23,313 nucleotides of DNA, taken from NCBI RefSeq assembly GCF_006345805.1, contig NW_021836680.1, forward strand, positions 1 to 23,313, given 5' to 3'. The translations under genes were made by a program, and so were the position numbers. The stretch's first letter is position 1, and each line of letters starts with the position of its first letter. This DNA comes from Octopus sinensis (Eukaryota). Below, piece after piece: positions 20,425-23,313 of the stretch. The notes under the pieces are model-generated. The model was not told where the DNA came from, made no database searches, and saw only the letters and a program-made list of their open reading frames with translations.

Positions 20425-20720
20425 TGGTGGCGTGCTAGAATTGTGAGAACGTAGGGTCAAACATTTTGCGAAGGGCTAAAGATTTTGGTACTTTAGATAC
20501 TTAGTTCAAATTACGCCGACGTCAAATGTGTCTTTCATCCATCCAGGGTTGGTAAAATAAAACCCCAGTCAAATAGTGAAGTGGAAGTTATCCACTAATA
20601 TTCTCCAATCAAATGCAAGTCCCTATGCCTATATTAGTTTCATTGCAGTAAACTCGAGCAGGAAAACTGGGGGAGAAAATGGTTGAATGTCAGACAAAAT
20701 GTTTTGTGATATTTCATCAC
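20425..20720 (+). mobile_element. Highly degenerate family 2 SINE(s)
   Basis: AGTTCAAATTACGCCGACGTC...TTTCATCC...GGTTGGTAAAATA core. A second head-like remnant CAAAATGTTTTGTGATATTTCATC lies just before the CR1 tail. Confidence 0.5.
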
Positions 20721-20722
20721 AT

Positions 20723-21632
20723 GTTAGTTAGTTAGTTAGTTAGTTAATTTGGCTCAAAAGCAAATAGCAAGGCCATGTAGGGGGACATGGAGTTAAGTAC
20801 AGCCTTTCTTCGTAGGACAAATTTTTGAGACCATGAACCATGCGGGTAGCCAGCCTCTGGACTCTTTCGAGGTGCTGTATGTCTTTGAGGAGATAAGGAG
20901 AAGAGGCTTGAATCCCATACTCCAATATGGGCCTCACCAGCGTGACATAGAGTGGCAGGAATATGGCTGCTGTGAGCATTCCGAATGACCGTCGAATCAA
21001 AAACAGAATTCCGCGCGCTTTGTTGGCAGCATGGACGCACTGGGCCGAAGGCGAAAAGGAGGAATCCACCAAGATACCCAGGTCCTTTACCTGATCGGTC
21101 CTCTCCAGCAGCAGACGACCCGGCTCGAAATCAAGTTGAGTTGCAGGAGTAGAGCCGACAGGCAGATGACAGCATTTTGACACGTTAAGACACAGGTCCC
21201 AATCGTTAGACCACTTCCAAATTTGGTGGAGGCATCGACGAAGATCCTCTATACTACGCGAGGAGCGACCAGTTTGATATCGTCGGCAAATAGAAGGGTC
21301 TGTGTTGCGTGAGTCGTCGGGCAAGTCATTTATGAAGACTAAGAACAACAAGGGCCCAAGCACTGAACCTTCAGGCACGCCACTGCTCGCACTGGAGACG
21401 TCGGACCGCGAACCATAAACTTGAACTTGGAAGGAGCGATCTGAGAGGAAGGCACCAACCCATCGTACAATATCCGGATGGAAACTATATGCTTGAAGCT
21501 TGACAAGTAGTAGGCGGTGGTTTACCGAGTCAAAAGCTTTGGCAAAGTCCAATAAAACGATGTCAACAGCATCACTATCATCGAGGATGCGCGTCACCAA
21601 TTCTTCCATTACTAGTAAGTTGGTCAAGCATG
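20723..21632 (-). mobile_element. CR1-group LINE, 5'-truncated RT fragment with (CTAA)n tail
   Basis: ORF 20740..21627: CLTNLL, LLDFAKAFDSVNH, SGVPEGSVLGPLLFLVFINDLP, LNVSKC, VKDLGILVD, LYVTLVRPILEYG, LERVQRLATRMVHGLKNLSYEERL. TTT GCC GAC GAT (FADD) at 21279-21290 in an alternative frame. Tail GTTAGTTAG... at 20723-20746. Confidence 0.9.
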
Positions 21633-21645
21633 TACCTAATTACAT

Positions 21646-21948
21646 GTGGAAGCACATGGCCTAGTGGTTAGAGCAGCGAAATTGTGGTCGAGAGATCGCG
21701 AGTTCGAATCTCAGACCGGGCGATGTGTGTGTCTATGAGCGAAACACCTAAGATCCACGCGGCTCCGGCAGAAGGTACTGGCGAACTTCTGCTGACTCTT
21801 TCACCACAAATTTCTCTCACTCTTTCCTCCTGCATCTTGCAGCTCACCTTCGACGGACCGACTTCCCGTCCAGGTGGGGAACCTATACGCCAAGAAAACT
21901 GGAAAACCGGCCCTAATGAGCCAGGTGTAGCTCGAGAAGGAACAAACA
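21646..21948 (+). mobile_element. SINE family 3 (tRNA-derived), full length, 12-bp target-site duplication
   Basis: A-box TGGCCTAGTGG, B-box GTTCGAATC, (AAC)-type tail AACAAACA. Exact ACCTAATTACAT at 21634-21645 and 21949-21960. Confidence 0.88.
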
Positions 21949-21979
21949 ACCTAATTACATATTATGTAATTAAGCTCTG

Positions 21980-22160
21980 TAGCGGCGAGCTCACAAAAAT
22001 GTTAGTATTTGGTCCGTCTTTACGTTCTGAGCTCAAATTCCACCGAAGTCGACTTCGCCTTTGATCCTTCCTGGGTCGATAAAATACGTACTAGTTGATC
22101 ACTGGGGTCAATGCTTTCACCCACCAAAACACTGGCCTTGTGCCGAAATTTGAAGCCAAT
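21980..22160 (+). mobile_element. SINE family 2 with deleted head
   Basis: GCGGCGAGCT...TTACGTTCTGAGCTCAAATTCCACCGAAGTCGACTTCGCC...GGGTCGATAAAATA...CACTGGGGTC...GGCCTTGTGCCGAAATTTGAAGCC. Confidence 0.8.
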
Positions 22161-22257
22161 ATTTAATCAGGAAATGTAACTTAAAACTTGCTCTGTATGA
22201 CCCATGAAATGAGCTGTTTAGCGAGATTTCCTGAATGCAATGCGACCAAACACTGAA

Positions 22258-22455
22258 AATTTTAATCATCTGACTGCGGCCATGCTGGAGCACCTCCTTA
22301 ACGAGCTTCTAGTTGAACAAATCGACCCCAGGACATTCTGTAGTACACATTCTGTAGGTATGTTTTCTTCCGAGCCGCAATATTACAGGGACTTGAACGC
22401 AACACTGGCTGTTAAGAGATGGTGGGGGACAAGTACAAACGCAGAGACACAGACA
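22258..22455 (-). mobile_element. SINE family 1, 3' half
   Basis: GACTGCGGCCATGCTGGAGCACC and AAATCGACCCCAGGAC are reverse complements of the family 1 tail. Confidence 0.75.
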
Positions 22456-22663
22456 CGTAGATATATACAGATATATACGTACATACATACATGCATATTT
22501 ACATACATATAGACATGCACACATGTATATAAATATATATAAGGATATTGCCCGGTTAATAATTTACAATATTAGCGACTAGCATGCGTAAAAGAAACAT
22601 AAAGGCAAAATTATCAATTAAGAATGAAGCGTTCGACTAAGTAGTACCCTTCATTATTAATGG

Positions 22664-22828
22664 AGGAGTGGCTGTGTGGTAAGTAGCTTGCTTACCAACC
22701 ACATGGTTTTGGGTTCAGACCCACTGCGTGGCACCTTGGGCGAATGGCTTCTACTATAGCCACGAGCCGACCAAAAGCATGCGAGTGGATTTGGTAGATG
22801 GAAACTGAAAGAAGCGCGGCGCCGTATA

Positions 22829-22899
<71 letters not shown>

Positions 22900-23160
22900 A
22901 GTGTGTGTGCGTGTGTTTGTGTGCGTGCGTGTGTGTGTGTGTTTCTGTGTGTCAGTGTTTGTCTCTCGAACATCACTTGACAACCGGTAGGTGTGTTTAC
23001 GTCCCTGTAACTTAGTGGTTCTGCAAAAGACCCCGATAGAATAAGTACAAGGCTTCCAAAGAATAAGTCATGGGGTCGATTTGCTCGACAAAAAAGGCGC
23101 TGCTCCAGCATGGCCGCACTGAAATGACTGAAACAAGTAAAAGAATAAAAGAATCAAAGA
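22664..23160 (+). mobile_element. SINE family 1, full length with expanded internal (TA)n(TG)n
   Basis: AGGAGTGGCTGTGTGGTAAGTAGCTTGCTTACC head, ACCTTGGGC core, tail GCTCCAGCATGGCCGC...GAAACAAGTAAAAGAATAAAAGAAT. Confidence 0.9.
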
Positions 23161-23171
23161 ACATAATATAT

Positions 23172-23313
23172 ATGTACGACGGGCTTCTTTCAGTTTCCGT
23201 CTACCAAATCCACTTACAAGGCTTGGTTGGTCCGATGCTATTGCAGAAAACACTTGCCAGGTGCCACACAGTTGGACTGAACCCAGAACCATGCGGCTGG
23301 GAAGCAAGTTGCT
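23172..23313 (-). mobile_element. SINE family 1, 5' half, running off the window end
   Basis: TACGACGGGCTTCTTTCAGTTTCCGTCTACCAAATCCAC...ACACTTGCC..GGTGCCAC is the reverse complement of the family 1 head/core. Confidence 0.85.

Noticed and set aside
20720-21633. CATGT at both ends of the CR1 fragment as a target-site duplication
   Set aside because: Only 5 bp, and it overlaps both the tail and coding sequence, so it cannot be distinguished from chance or microhomology.
21646-21722. Possible tRNA gene (also 18275-18360)
   Set aside because: A and B boxes are present, but the sequence continues into a SINE body with a tail and target duplication; no convincing acceptor stem.

Overview
AT-rich, microsatellite-dense eukaryotic non-coding DNA (intergenic or intronic). 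The SINE families look like those of octopus/cephalopod genomes; this is inferred from memory of the families and was not searched. No intact host protein-coding gene or RNA gene is supported, and most ORFs in the track are translations of simple repeats or antisense frames of transposons. Content: (1) a cluster at about 8.3-13.4 kb of three, probably four, 5'-truncated minus-strand copies of one Tx1-clade non-LTR retrotransposon, each inserted at the same phase of a (GATA)n tract, with readable target-site duplications and no poly(A) tail; (2) a 5'-truncated CR1-group LINE, plus RTE and L2/CR1-group relics; (3) an internally deleted maT-like (DD37D) Tc1/mariner element, a second piece of it patched into a SINE, and a mariner 3' end; (4) at least 13 copies or fragments of three tRNA-derived SINE families; (5) two small MITE-like elements; (6) a near-perfect ~475 bp tandem duplication. 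The most promising observation is a (GATA)n-targeting Tx1 family together with a SINE whose last ~50 bp match the Tx1 3' terminus, i.e. a candidate SINE/LINE partnership. Coordinates were counted by hand and boundaries may be off by a few bases.
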